A DNA stretch of 64,000 nucleotides from Saccostrea echinata (Eukaryota). Shown here piece after piece: positions 38,284 through 51,508 of the stretch; the first letter of the stretch is position 1; every line of letters starts with the position of its first letter. A program made the translations under genes and the position numbers. The notes below the pieces were generated by a model. The model was not told the origin of the DNA and searched no databases. It was given only the letters and a program-made list of their open reading frames with translations. The stretch is from assembly GCF_033153115.1 (NCBI RefSeq), contig NW_026889757.1, forward strand, positions 5,022,001 through 5,086,000, in the 5' to 3' direction.

Positions 38284-41200
38284 ATGAAGAATGCCAAGAA
38301 GTTTCTGCTTTGTTTGTTGGTTCGGCTAAAGTTTGTTGTCGCAATAGTTGGTAAGTCTCGAATGTTGTTTTTCTTCTAATTATCAAGCAATGATTCTACA
38401 ACAGTTTGTGAAATACTTAAAAGTGCTCCTTTAAAGAAACATAAAGTTATTGAATCATAAAGGACCATTAACCATCAAACAACGACTCTACGTCTTTAAA
38501 GAAACGTGAAGTTACTAAACCAACTTTAATTGGTTGATAGGAGTACATCTTCTCTTATCTGCTTTCCCTGATGTTTAGGGAATCTTGGTAATGCTTTTGA
38601 TAAAGAAAATGCACTTTCTGTTCGTACATTTACGATTTTGAGTCAAAAGTTAGAATATTTATTTAAAAAAAAAATATGTTTTATAATAAACGGTAGACAT
38701 CCTCTGCAGATTTGTCAGTGTTTATATAACCTTTAACCCACAAGGCAAAAATCAAAGACGGGAAATCGATCGTCAAAATCAATTATTTATCAAATCAAAT
38801 CTACACTTTGGACAAATCTGGACTTTACGCAGATTAGATGTCATCCGTCAAAAGATTTTTTCCCTATTGATTCCGATACACAGGGAGGCATGGTTTGGAC
38901 TTGTTAAGGCTTCATCACGCTAGATTAAGCGGGTCTTTCTGACGACCATAACGTCACATTTGTCTTCATTAGGTCGATCGTCTGCCGCTCTGAAAGAGAT
39001 CGTCTGGTCATCTATTCATTCGGACCAAAATCAATCGTAAAATTGTTTCTATTAGTTTATATGGCCTTTGAGAACTTATGATTAAGTTTTCGCTAGACTG
39101 CTAACCAGTCAAAAATCTAAAGGGAATAGCTACCAGTATATTTGTATTCACTTCCACAAATGAAAATGAAAATATCTCTATTCAATGCAATAATTTTAGC
39201 AGGCTAAGATTTTCTAACAAAGATAACGATTAAATTGCACCGTCAAAGTCCCACAAAACATTATCACACACGCTAATATAATTAATTACTTAATCGGCAA
39301 AGGTATAAAATATTGCACATAAAAATTGTGACGGTTAATTGTTATGATTATGTTTAATGGTGCCACGGCATCAAAGAAGAAGATAAACGCAGGTTTTACA
39401 TGTAATTGATGAATGATTCACAAATCAAAAATCCACAAACATTCCGATTTAAAGATACAATCGATTTTTAAACAAAAAAAGTTATGAATGTGTCCTTTCT
39501 GACACATTCTATTTTGTCTATTCAAATCTGCAAATAGTTAAACATGAATATCTGCAAATACAGTCAACAGTCATATTGCAGATTTTAATTGACAACATAA
39601 GATATGTCAGAAAGGACAAAGTAAACTGTTTCATTTCTTAGAGATTTTGTGAAAATCCATGTATTTGATACATTTTAAGAACAATATACGTGTAATGACA
39701 GAAAACTTTTGAAGAAGGAATGCTAAAGTCCCATTTTAATTATGCACTATATCAACTTATGAATTAAAGGATATGTTTTATATACTGATAAATTTTCAAT
39801 AGCATTTAGATTAAATTCGACACCTTTTGGCAAAACTGTCTATATTTCAGCTCTTAGTTCATGTTTTACAAGTATTTGAACTTTGTAGATCCATGTGCTT
39901 TTTCCGGACAATTTGAATACGACTTTTTCATAGCAGGAATACCAGAAAACCAACCAGTGGGTAAGTTAACTGTGTTATTCAAGTGTCATTCCATAAATTT
40001 TATTCAAAATTAAATTTTGATAGGCAAGAGGGCGTACAAGACCACTAGGACAATCCCACGCTCTAAGACAATATATTTCTAAATTTTTAGAGTTCATGGA
40101 AAAGTTAATTTTTCAAAAATACGGTGTCAGTAAGATCACCTTTCACACATTTGATTCATTTATTTTATTGAATAACTTTTTGATTGATAATTTGTCTTTT
40201 GAAGTTGACAGTCAGCATATACAGTAGAAAATGGGAATTTTGGACCCGTAAAAATGAATATGAATGGACCAAATTTTCATTCTACATTAACTTTTAAATG
40301 TCGGAAAAATAAATGTGAAATCTATCTTTAAATGAAGTCTGAGTCCATTATATATGAAAATCGAATATTTCTGGGAAATTCAACAATTAAACTCGTTCAT
40401 TGAAACCACATTGACTTAGTGGTTGACACGTTGAACACTGCAGTTTACCGTGATCTTTGGAGAGAGTTCGAATCATAGGTGAGACTCCACATACCATAGA
40501 AATGATAGAAAAATGAATTCCTCGCAGTAAGTATTTCAATGAAATAAAGGAATCAAATACACAAAAGATGATTTTGAAAACACAATTTTTGAAAAATGTA
40601 ACTTTTCCATGTACATTTATAATAAAGAAATATCTTGTCTCAGAGTAGAGGATTGTCCTCGCCTTATGCGCCTCAATTCTTTGTGGAAAGACACAAGACA
40701 TTTAGCCTGTGTAAAAAATGTATATGAGGATTTTTCTAGTTGAAAATTAAACCTTAATCGTTGTTTAAGAATTACCAGGGTATTGTTCGTATCTTTCAAT
40801 TTATTGCATGTCGGCTCGAAATTCAAAACAATGCATGAATAGAACATAATGTACACCAAATATACTCAGGGAACAATACTATTTAAAGAGTCTTCTGCAA
40901 CTCATAAACGTGATTATCCAACAGTGTCACTAATCATTCCAAGCCTTTAATAAATGTAGACATCAGTTAAATTTACAAAACCGTGTTAAACAGCTGCTTT
41001 TAAACAGATATTGTCCATAATTTTATCTTTTTGACAATGGAAGACAAGCTAAATATATGTATGATTGATGTAAATTAAAATTATTTTCTCGAGAAAGTTC
41101 TCTCATTTTTTAATGACACACACACGGGGGTATCATGCACTGCACGAGATTGAGAGGTTTTATTTCTTTAAAATTTTGGTAAAGGGGGGAAAGAAGGAAA

Positions 41201-44200
41201 AAAACCAAAATAGTTAACCTCAATGTTTTCTTGCTCTATTGTGCAAATATGCACAATGCTTCTGTTCTGTATCCAACATTTATATTATTTTCAGGGTCCA
41301 TAATAGGAATACTGCCTCTTACCGGAGGCCAGGATGAGGTCAGTCTGACCCAGACCTCGAATCCTTACCTTCATCTTGACGTAGATTCCCGAAACATATC
41401 TCTCATAAAGGAGCTTGACACGGACAAAGACGATAATGGCGCCAAATTGATGTCCGATGTTATCCTACAAGTCATCTGTGTACCGAAGGGTACCACGAGA
41501 AAAGTAAGGGTAAAAGCTCTCTCAGACATGTGAAATTTGTGATTTTCCTTACAGATATTTTTTAAGAAAAAGATACATGAAAAAAAAAACGCCGCACTTC
41601 TTAATTTTTATGGCATTTACATGTATCTATAAACGTTATATATATATTGTCTTGTATTTATTTGTCTTCTTGCGCAATGAAATAGCAGAATATTTCACTG
41701 TAAGTGCAGACTGTGTACCAATCCACTGATCTGCTCATATACTGTTATTATAATTAAATTGATATATTTTTTCACAAAGAAAAATTATTGGATAATGATA
41801 CTAGTATCATTTGAATGCTTGAAACCTTAAATATACAGATTAATAGGTATAGAAAATGTATAAAACAAGTGTAAATCTTAACACAAAACGAGCTTAATGC
41901 CTAATTAAATGTGAGGTATAACTGAAAAGGAGGGAGGCAAGCACCAGTATACAAATTCTTGTACATATGTCTCCTTTTGTTTTAAAAAAAAAAAATATGA
42001 ACATATTTTTCAGAGTTCACTTACAGTCAGAGTTCTGATAGAAGACGTCAATGAACACAGACCAACATTTCCCAAAAATCACTACATCATAGATTTACCA
42101 GAGGTAAAATTCACAATCATAGATTTACCAGAGGTAAAATTCACAGAGGTAAAATTCACAATCATAGATTTACCAGAGGTAAAATTCACAATCATAGATT
42201 TACCAGAGGTAAAACTCACTACATCATAGATTTACCAGATGTATACTTACCTAGCAAACATCTATAGCATAAAGATACAAAATCAAAACACTAACAAGAA
42301 ATTATGTGCAATAAAGCACGAAAATAATTGAAATTCTGTCATTGCTATTCATTCATTTTGAATTGTTCCCCTTTCTTCCTTACATAGGACACCCCAGTAG
42401 AAACTGTTGTGTTTAATCAGGTCAGAGTGACAGATAAGGATGGATCGGGCTCGGGAAATGATCTTATCCATTTCAGCATACTCCCTGGTTCCTATTCGGT
42501 ATACACCTATTCATCTGTTACCTTTCTTCTGTAAAATCTATACGTAATAGTTAGAGGTTGGGGATACGTCATAAAAACGTTAAATATACAATTATATTTA
42601 ATTTTACAGGAGTATTTTGATATACATATCTTGAGAACTGAGGTCACGTTGAAAAAACAGCTCGATTATGAGACAGTACATTCCATGACAATAGAAATAG
42701 AGGCGAAGGTGAGAAAAAGTCTTGGATGATTATCTTTAGCTTTGTATACCAACCTATCAATACAGATCATCAGTATTGTTAGATCAGTTTGTTCATCAGT
42801 AAAATAAATGTACTGAAATTGTTTAACCCACACACGTCCTCAAAAAAAAATACTGGATTAAAAATTCCATTTTGTGTTTTAAAATGATATGCTCTTAATT
42901 TTTTGTGTTTATTCCGACAGGATGTACTTGACAAAAATTATGGAGTCATGATTTATAGATTTTCGAGTATTTAGTACATGTAACATTTAAAGGTGCTTGG
43001 ACACAGATTTGAAGTTAACATTTTCTCAAATTTTCTGTATAATTTCATGACTTATATGTTGCTATAGCATTTCATACTAAAATATAATAAAAATCTTATT
43101 TCATCTCGAAGTTATTAAAACTTCGAATTTCTGGACGCGTTGGATTGACACATCCTTGCGCTTTCGCATATTTTAATTTTATTCTTAATACTTAAGAAAA
43201 GTGGCAATTTTGTTGTGTATTAATGAAAAATATTAAAACTATTACCCAGAAAATTCAGAGTAGAAATGTTCGAAAGCAAAACCCACTCACAGTATTGTAA
43301 GTCCGTGCTCAGTGGTGTGTGCAGAGTTTAACAATTGAACACACCTGGTGAATCGTAAACATTAACAATAACAGAGCTCGTGCCTTGTTTACAAAAACAG
43401 TTTACGTTTCACGGGTGTGTTCAATTTGTTAAACTCTGTACACATCACAGAGCACGGACTCACAATACTGGTGAGTTGGTTTTGCTTTCGAACATTTCTA
43501 CTCTGAATTTTCTGGATTACAGATGTAATATTTTTCATTAATACATAACAAAATCGCTTCTTTTCTTAAATATTAAGGATAAAATTAAAATTTGTGTAAG
43601 TGCAAAGATGTGTTAATCAAACGCGTCCCGGAATTCGTAGTTCCAATAATTTCCAGATAAAATAAGTTTTTAATTATATTTTCGTGTGAAATGCTATTGC
43701 AATATATAAGTCGTGATATTATACAGAAAATTTGAGAAAATATTAAGTTCAAATCTGTGTCTAAGCACCTTTAAAGCAAATTTTAGAATATTTTCCTACA
43801 ATTCACACTAATGGCATTTGCACAGAGAAAAGTTAATCCTGTGTTACAGGTTCTTACTTGACAATGTTACTTCTACATGTACATGTACATGATGTGTTTT
43901 TTTTTCTACCTGTAAGGATAATCCACAAAAAGGTGAACCTCTCAGCTCTAAAGCCGTCCTCACTTTTAACATACTGGATGTAGATGACCTCAATCCGACC
44001 TTCACACATGACACCTATTCTGTTAGAATGGACGCAGACACTCTCCCTGTAAATAAGAATTCCCTTTTATTGTATTCAGATATCACACTATCTACTTAAT
44101 TAATATCTGGTATATTCGTTTGAAAAAAGTAACAAAAATAAATAAATATTTCATTATGAACACGTATAAATCTTTGTGTTTCTGTTAGGGTAGCTTAGTT

Positions 44201-47200
44201 CCAGTAATGCCTCCTATTAGAGCCTACGATGGAGACAGTTTGAACGCTTCCTTAAAATATGAACTTGTTGGTAAGTAACGGACATATTAACTTGATTTGG
44301 GAAAAGTCAAACTGAACTTACATCAAATCTATAAACAAATCTGTTTGATTAAGAATATCATGTAAATGATTTTTGCTACAAATTATATAAGTATTCCTAA
44401 TTTCTTTTCAGATCCGCAGAACCGCTTTGTTATAGACACCACGACTGCCGATGTAAGCGTCAATGCTAAACTATCGGACGGGAAATCAACTCTAGTTTTA
44501 AAGGTCTATAATTTGACTAAATTGTCTTACCTTTATTTCAAAGTTCTTACAGAGAAATGGGTTGAGACTTGTTTTAAGTGGAGCAATTTCCAATATGCCA
44601 ACATGAAAATAAAAACATGCTAAAATCATCCGAAAATTAAAAAAGAAATATTTGGAATAGCAAGAGAGTGAAATCAAACTCATAATTTAGGACCAGGCTT
44701 TTTGACATCATAGAAAATTAACTGCTTCTTCTATAAAAATGGAACTCGTAAATTTTCATATAGATCTTGTGATTGGTTATCTACAAAAAGTACTTTGTTA
44801 AAAATTATTCTGATTCTACACACAAATACTATGAAGATGTTATTAAAAAGATGCTGGAGTTTCTTATTATAATATCTATGTTATGCAGTCTTTGGAGACC
44901 AATTATTTTAACAATCTGTCGGAATTTCAATTAGCCCTTTATTGTGCTCCTTTATTAGCTGACTGTTTTCATATTCTTTAAAGCATAATTTGTTAAAAAA
45001 CAGCTTTTACATGAAAAGAACAGAACTCTCGCTGTGGCTTTCAATTCAACATTTAGATGTATCGACGACATTTTATCAAGTAACAATAGTTGGTTTTATT
45101 CATGAATGTCAACTTGATATACAATTGACATGTACATGTATCCTAGTGAACTCGAAATAGAAACCACAGAGCCCCCTTGCCTCTGTTTCATGCTTGAATG
45201 TTTTACTGACTCTACAATGGAGAAGATTAACAACTAAATTAAAGACAGCAGGATGAGTTCAGCTTTTCCTATTGAACTTTTCAACTTTCCCTATTGATGT
45301 AGTAAAATTCCGCAATTACCTGTATATAGTAATGATTCAGTAAGAAGTTAAGTTTTTAACGATATGTATCTCGTTTAAAATCAGCATTTTGTAAATTTTC
45401 TGGTTGTTATATAATGATCTTGCAAACACAACCTATCTTAGTAGTATTGAAACTGACATGTTTCCAACTAATTGTTAGCCCATTGCTTTTATATCAATTT
45501 TACAATGGAATACCCCGTTTTCCTGATAAACACAGCGGATTCACGGCGGGTCTGACCAATCAACAGGGGATGCTTAGTTCTCCTAGGCGCACCTGATCTC
45601 TGGTGTTTCCAGGAGTCCTTTTTTCTTTTTTCTTTTTTTATAAAAAAGCCTTATTCGTATACTTTTCTGGATATATGAGATTGATCACTGTTCGCTATCT
45701 TCACCTTTTACTTTATATAAATGTACGTGTGTATATCAAATTTGCTGTTTTAGGCAACACAAAGAGATAATCCTATAAGACAGGGCATAGCATTGCTACA
45801 GCTTACCATCATCGGTCAAGGTAACAGTTTGGGACCTTCTTTTGCCCAGCCTCGTTATCATGCTAGTGTATCTGAAAACGAGGCTGTAGGAACAACTGTA
45901 ATCACTATCACGGTTACAGACCACAATCAGGTATACGGGAACATCAAAGTCATCAACATTTTTCCTATTGAATTGTAACGTTATTAACCGAGAATAAATT
46001 GTCATATAAATGTTATTTTTAAATTTTGTACCTTTTAGTGGACGTCGTTACGTTACTCCATTGGAATACAGGCAACACACTTCACTGTCAATAATAAGTA
46101 AGCAACTCTAAAATTAATCTTGATACAACATGAGGTTTACATTAGTATTAAACACAATGATAACTTTAATTGTCTGATTAAATCAAATGCATTAACAAAA
46201 TTAATATTGTCTTTTAGATAAGCCTGTATTATTCATTTGATCATATATATGTTTGCAGTGGTGATATCATACTTAAAAAGAAAGTTGATTATGAAGAACA
46301 AAGCCAGTTTGTCTTCAATTTAACGGCTGCGGATGAGTTCTATGTGAGTAGTTATGTCTCCTAACATCACTGGTGAAAAATATATATCTATAATTCAATT
46401 TGTGAAATATTCATATATTTTTGGCAGTCGGCTTGGACAACAATAACAATTACGGTAACCAATGTCAACGATAATGGACCACAAATATCGGAAAGGGAGA
46501 TAACCGTGAATGCTGAGAGGGTAAAAGGATCTCAGATAACCATTATAAAGGTAACAAATTTGAAGCCATATTCAATATTTATTTTTTTGTGATATTCTTA
46601 TGTCCGCTTTTCGCTCTGTTTTCCCATAATTTGAAAATGCATGTGCCTCTCTTTAAATTGAAGTACATGCATGTACAAAGCAATTACCTAAGTCCACTTC
46701 TCTCAATGTAGCCCTGGTCTTCATTAGGCTACAATTATAATGTATTGTTGAATGTAAATGATAAAAGTCATATCGACTTTAATATTCTTAGAATTACATG
46801 TAAAAATATATTAAATTTAATTCACCATTAGAGAAAGTTACACTCTTGAATGTTTACATTGTTTTATTTTTTGCGTGTTCACAAATAAGAGTAGAGGCCT
46901 TCCAAATCAATACAATTATGTCCTATCACGAAGAGGTTAAATTATACGGCGATTTTTGTATGTTTGATCAGGGGGTACCTCTTTTGATCCGTAGCTTTGT
47001 TCTCATTGTAGGCCGTGGACAAAGATCCAAACACATCACTGACGTTTTCAGTCGTAACCCATAAAAGGTAACATAACTATTTTGATAGTAACTAAGTATA
47101 TAATTTCATATAAATCATAGTATTATCAAAAAAGAGTTTGTGCTACTATAAAATTTTGTTTTGTATAGTTTTTCTTGCTTTATACTATGAAACTTTCATT

Positions 47201-50200
47201 TTGATTGTTACATCCACTCAAACTCACCGAGAGAATAACATGACAAAACGACAATTTGATTATCTGTGTTTTTCTAATGTTCTTTTTTCTGCTTCTTTTG
47301 TGGTTTTATTGATGTACTGTTCATTTAATTTAAAGAAGAAGAATATAATTAAAGTTTAACAATATTTAACAATATTTTTCTTTCCGTCCAATTTTACATG
47401 TACCAAATAACATGAGCATTAATATGTGTTATATAATTTGTAACTTCAGTATTGTTTTGACTTGTGTGTAACTTTTAAAAATGAGAATTTATTGATAAAA
47501 GGAGTAAAAATAATTCATTTTATTAAGAATTTGTGTTATAATGTGTTTACACTTCAGGATGAATAAAACCGTGAATGACAAGGAAAGGTCACAAGGAATT
47601 CTATTGGTCAGGGTGTTGCAAATTAATTCAGCAACACGCACACCGGTGTTTGCATAATTTGTTCATGATTAAGCTAGATTGATAATACACTCAACCAAAT
47701 TGAGTTGCCTTTCTTAATGGAGGGTTTTATGAAAACTCTTTTTTTCATGTCAATTTCTTTCTTTCTTTTAAAGAACAATTGACATAAGATAACAATTTGA
47801 AAGTCATTGCCTAAAAAATTTTTAGATGGTTTTTAATAAATTATTTTTATACAGAAACTTGCATAGCTTATAAAACTCATGTATTTTTTTTTCAGCCTGT
47901 TTGCTGTATCACAGGAAGGGGTCGTTTCACTTACAGGAAGTGAGAATGACTATGTAAGGGATGAATACGTCGTTGTGATAAGTGTCAAAGATAACGGATC
48001 TCCCCAGCTTGAATCTGTTGCCGTGGTAACAGTCGCCTTTCCAGCTAGAGTTATAAAGGATACCAGAGCTCTGGACATGGCCTCTAGCAATGATCTCGTT
48101 GCGATAATTTTAGGAATTGTAGCAGCCATACTTCTATTTGTCATAATATTTCTTATCATATACATCATCCGCAGGTATTATATTTGACTATTTCATTAAA
48201 AAAACATGTTGCATCTCTTCCCATATTAACATTCTATTTAATATCGATTTTAATTTTTTATATATATAATATTTGTGGAAATACATGTATGGGGGTTGAT
48301 ATAGAAGTAATGTGCTACGAAATCGAAAGAAATAGGAAGTGAACAACACAATTTCATATGATAATACCTTAATGTTTTGTGACTAGCAGGTATATATAAT
48401 ACTTTTAAAAATATAATAATAAGCAGAAAGTTTGGTTGCATATTTCGCCACACTACAACAAGGACGTGTTTATGACCTACTTTATGGACTCCATTTAGTA
48501 AGTCCATAAAGTTATGAATTCAAAATATTTCACTAGCATTGTCATTTACATCTTTTTCATATTTACTACCAACGTGCGCCTTTTTACTTAATTGTTTTAT
48601 TAAAATAGCATTTTAACGGTTCCAAAGAGCCTGCTTTGCGCAAGTGTTCTGGTGTAGATGACGTTAAAGGCTGACGGATTCTCCACTCACTTTCTTCTTT
48701 GCTTTAATCCATGTATTTTTTGACCTTCTTTAAAATTACAAAGATATTTTTAGTCACTTTTTATATCAATAAATGTGAAAATATATGACGTCATGTTGTG
48801 GCGTTTAATCAGGTATCAACCTTTCCCTCTTGTTACCTAATAGGCAAAAGAGCATTAACTTTTTATTATTTTAGATGATTTGATATTGAATTTTAAAGGT
48901 CGACTGTACAAATTAAGAAAAGTAAAGTAAATATAAACGCCTGACTTCCTGTTATATTTACATTTAAGAGGTACGACATATTTCTGCATTTAAATAGGCA
49001 ACGGTCACAATATATTTTTAGCACTAGTGACATTAGTTTTTTTTTTTCAACCCTCATATATGATAAAACCATTGACTTTAAGGCTAAAAAATTGCATAAT
49101 TGTTTTCAGACGACAGTTTGTAGAGGAACAACTTGACCGAGCAAAAATACGACAAGGCATGGATCCTCGGGGGTTAACATATCAGCGAGGGGATCCATCC
49201 CCGGACCCGTCTTCTAAAATAGACATTAATTTTGACGGTGATTTAGAGGAGGCCTCTGATATAGACAGTCATACTACAATACAACAAAATCCTCTAAATT
49301 TTAGACTTCCTGCCGCTCGTCAGAACGGCGAAATACAGATAGAGACTGCTGTCATCCCGTATGATGACAATTTTGAATATCAGAATCATATGAGAACTTT
49401 CCACGTGGAGGAAATCAGTAGTAACAGTGACACTAGTGATAGCACTGGCGACAGTCATAAGGTGTTAATGGAAAAACACAAAAGGAGTCTGAGAGTAAAT
49501 GCAAATTCATTATCGTGGGCGGGGTCAAATCCGCCATCTTCAACATTTGGATCAGATGTAAGTACAGTTAACTACTGGTGTTTTAAGCACAAGTCTCTTT
49601 ATTTAAATATTTGAAACAAATTAAGATACGAAAGAATTAACTAAACACATTGGAATATATTCATGTATTTTTGCAGAAAAAATTAATGATGACCTATTAT
49701 CGCTGTCAATAGGTAAATGCATGTGAATCGTGAAATTAGACTGCCTCATTTTGATTTAATGCGAGTAATTTTTTTTTAATCTGCTATTTTTGGTTTTTGC
49801 ATTTNNNNNNNNNNNNNNNNNNNNNNNNNNNNNNNNNNNNNNNNNNNNNNNNNNNNNNNNNNNNNNNNNNNNNNNNNNNNNNNNNNNNNNNNNNNNNNNN
49901 NNNNNNNNNNNNNNNNNNNNNNNNNNNNNNNNNTGATAAATTTTTAATATAACTGTTCGAAGTTTTAAAAATTACTTTTGAAAACAACTAAGTTTTAATT
50001 TACATTTTAGTTTGCACAATATATCATTTAACTATATAAACCTTTTTAACACTTTGGAACTGATTAAATGGCTAAATGACGAAACGGCAAATAATGAATA
50101 TTTTCCACATATATGCAGTATTTAACTAATAAAGACTGTTTTTTGGTTGTCTCTTTTCAGATCATAGTCCCGGAGGAACAGGTCACAAAAGAGAAGCCAG

Positions 50201-50220
50201 AAATTACTGTTTATTTCTGA
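38284..50220 (+). CDS. Cadherin-related single-pass membrane protein, ~746 aa: putative signal peptide, ~5 EC repeats, TM, non-classical tail ending ITVYF
   Basis: 17 phase-consistent exons: 38284-38350, 39889-39960, 41295-41503, 42014-42103, 42388-42498, 42610-42708, 43917-44048, 44189-44270, 44412-44503, 45754-45930, 46039-46097, 46259-46343, 46428-46550, 47012-47067, 47896-48174, 49110-49557, 50161-50220. Ca-binding motifs PEN, DVNEHRP, DKD, LDYE, DVDDLNP, VDYE, NVNDNGP, DNGSP; TM VAIILGIVAAILLFVIIFLIIYII. Confidence 0.88.
39430..39655. mobile_element. Degenerate palindromic MITE relic in a cadherin intron
   Basis: tgtcctttctgacacattct (39491) is inverted at agatatgtcagaaaggaca (39600); weaker outer arms. 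Confidence 0.4.
42086..42240 (+). repeat. 30-bp tandem repeat spanning the cadherin exon 4 splice donor
   Basis: Unit atcatagatttaccagagGTaaaattcaca, ~5 copies, one shortened to 15 bp. Confidence 0.95.
42991..43770. mobile_element. 780-bp foldback MITE, Kolobok-like
   Basis: TTAA TSD at 42987-42990 and 43771-43774; termini AGGTGCTT...AAGCACCT; imperfect inverted arms of ~350 bp. RR..YY ends with TTAA fit Kolobok rather than piggyBac (CC..GG). Confidence 0.8.
44640..45710 (+). mobile_element. Decayed Penelope-like retroelement (RT pseudogene and 3' end) in a cadherin intron
   Basis: Frameshifted remnants of VGIPMG-CAPLLAD (44918-44965), FRxIDDILS (45052-45078) and YPSELEI; 3' motif cacggcgggtctgaccaatcaacaggggatgctt...gagattgatcactgttcgctatcttcacc. 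Confidence 0.75.
49805..49933. other. Assembly gap
   Basis: Run of N. Confidence 1.
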
Positions 50221-51315
50221 CACGCCTTGTGCAATATATCATATAATTAACAATTCAGATGGCAATGGCAACATATTGCTGATATTTGCTGGGAACACTG
50301 CATCTGATTATCAAATAGTTTTATTATTGAAAATCATGTAATACTTCGTGGAATATTCATAAAATATCAAAAATATGTTAGAAATAAAAAAGAATATACA
50401 TGAAACTTCTTGAAATTATAACTTAAGCGAGAGAATATCCGCAAGTAACGTACGAGTATAAGCAGAAATTTTAACAAGGATTCAATTTTGTAAGTTTTAG
50501 TGAGGGTTTAAGATCGCTTTTATGGAATATATATCGCTAACAATTCATTTCAATGGTTTCCGTTATCTTTCTAGGCATCATAAAATCATCATGAAATTAC
50601 TTCTCGCTAAAATTTGCTTTGGTTAAAATTTCAACGTGTACAGTATTTAAAATGTTGCGTACTTTACTGTGGAATCAGTTGTTTTAAGACAACATATCTT
50701 GTTAAAGAAAGCTTTAATTTGGTAGTTTTTGACTGGGAGGCTGGCCGGTTAAGAGATTACCCTCCCCCTCCCCCCCCCCCCAAAAAAAAAACATTGTTAT
50801 TGTTGTTTGTTTGATTTTAATGGCGCGTAAAAAGTAGTGCATATTTTTCTTGAAAATAATATATGCAGACAAAACAAGCCTTGAAATTTCGATGTACATG
50901 TATCGGTTTGAGTGTAATACAGAGAGAGCATTAACAAACAGAAAAAAAATTCAATGGTAAACATTATTTATGCATAAACAATTTAGAAATTCAAGAATTG
51001 GAATAAATAAGACCCGAATACGAGCGAAAGAAAGTTCCTGAATGCAAAGTCTGACTGTGATTAAAAAACAAAAAATGCAAAAAGAGAAGAAAAAATATGA
51101 CGTAATTTATTGCTCGATTTTAATTTTATTTTTCAAGAGCTGATTGTGTAGCATATCATCATTACAATAACCGAAAAAAAAAAAACAACAACAAAATAAA
51201 ATAATTCATTTTGTGAAGAGAATGTACATGTAGTTTGCAGTTTATCCAGTTTTCCGTAAAAATATTTTTCTCTACTAATTAAATAAGTACATCTACATGT
51301 TAGTATCTTTACCTG

Positions 51316-51453
51316 NNNNNNNNNNNNNNNNNNNNNNNNNNNNNNNNNNNNNNNNNNNNNNNNNNNNNNNNNNNNNNNNNNNNNNNNNNNNNNNNNNNNN
51401 NNNNNNNNNNNNNNNNNNNNNNNNNNNNNNNNNNNNNNNNNNNNNNNNNNNNN
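51316..51453. other. Assembly gap
   Basis: Run of N; the minus strand reads CAG|GTAAAG on leaving the gap, so an exon may be hidden here. Confidence 1.
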
Positions 51454-51508
51454 ATATATTGAATATGTAAGATTTCAGTTACTTTTAGTGCAATAAAGTA
51501 TGTTATTA

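Noticed and set aside
47551-47660. Candidate cadherin exon after acttcag
   Set aside because: Reads GAT GAA TAA in phase 0; the needed phase 0-to-2 exon is 47012-47067 (AVDKDPNTSLTFSVVTHK).
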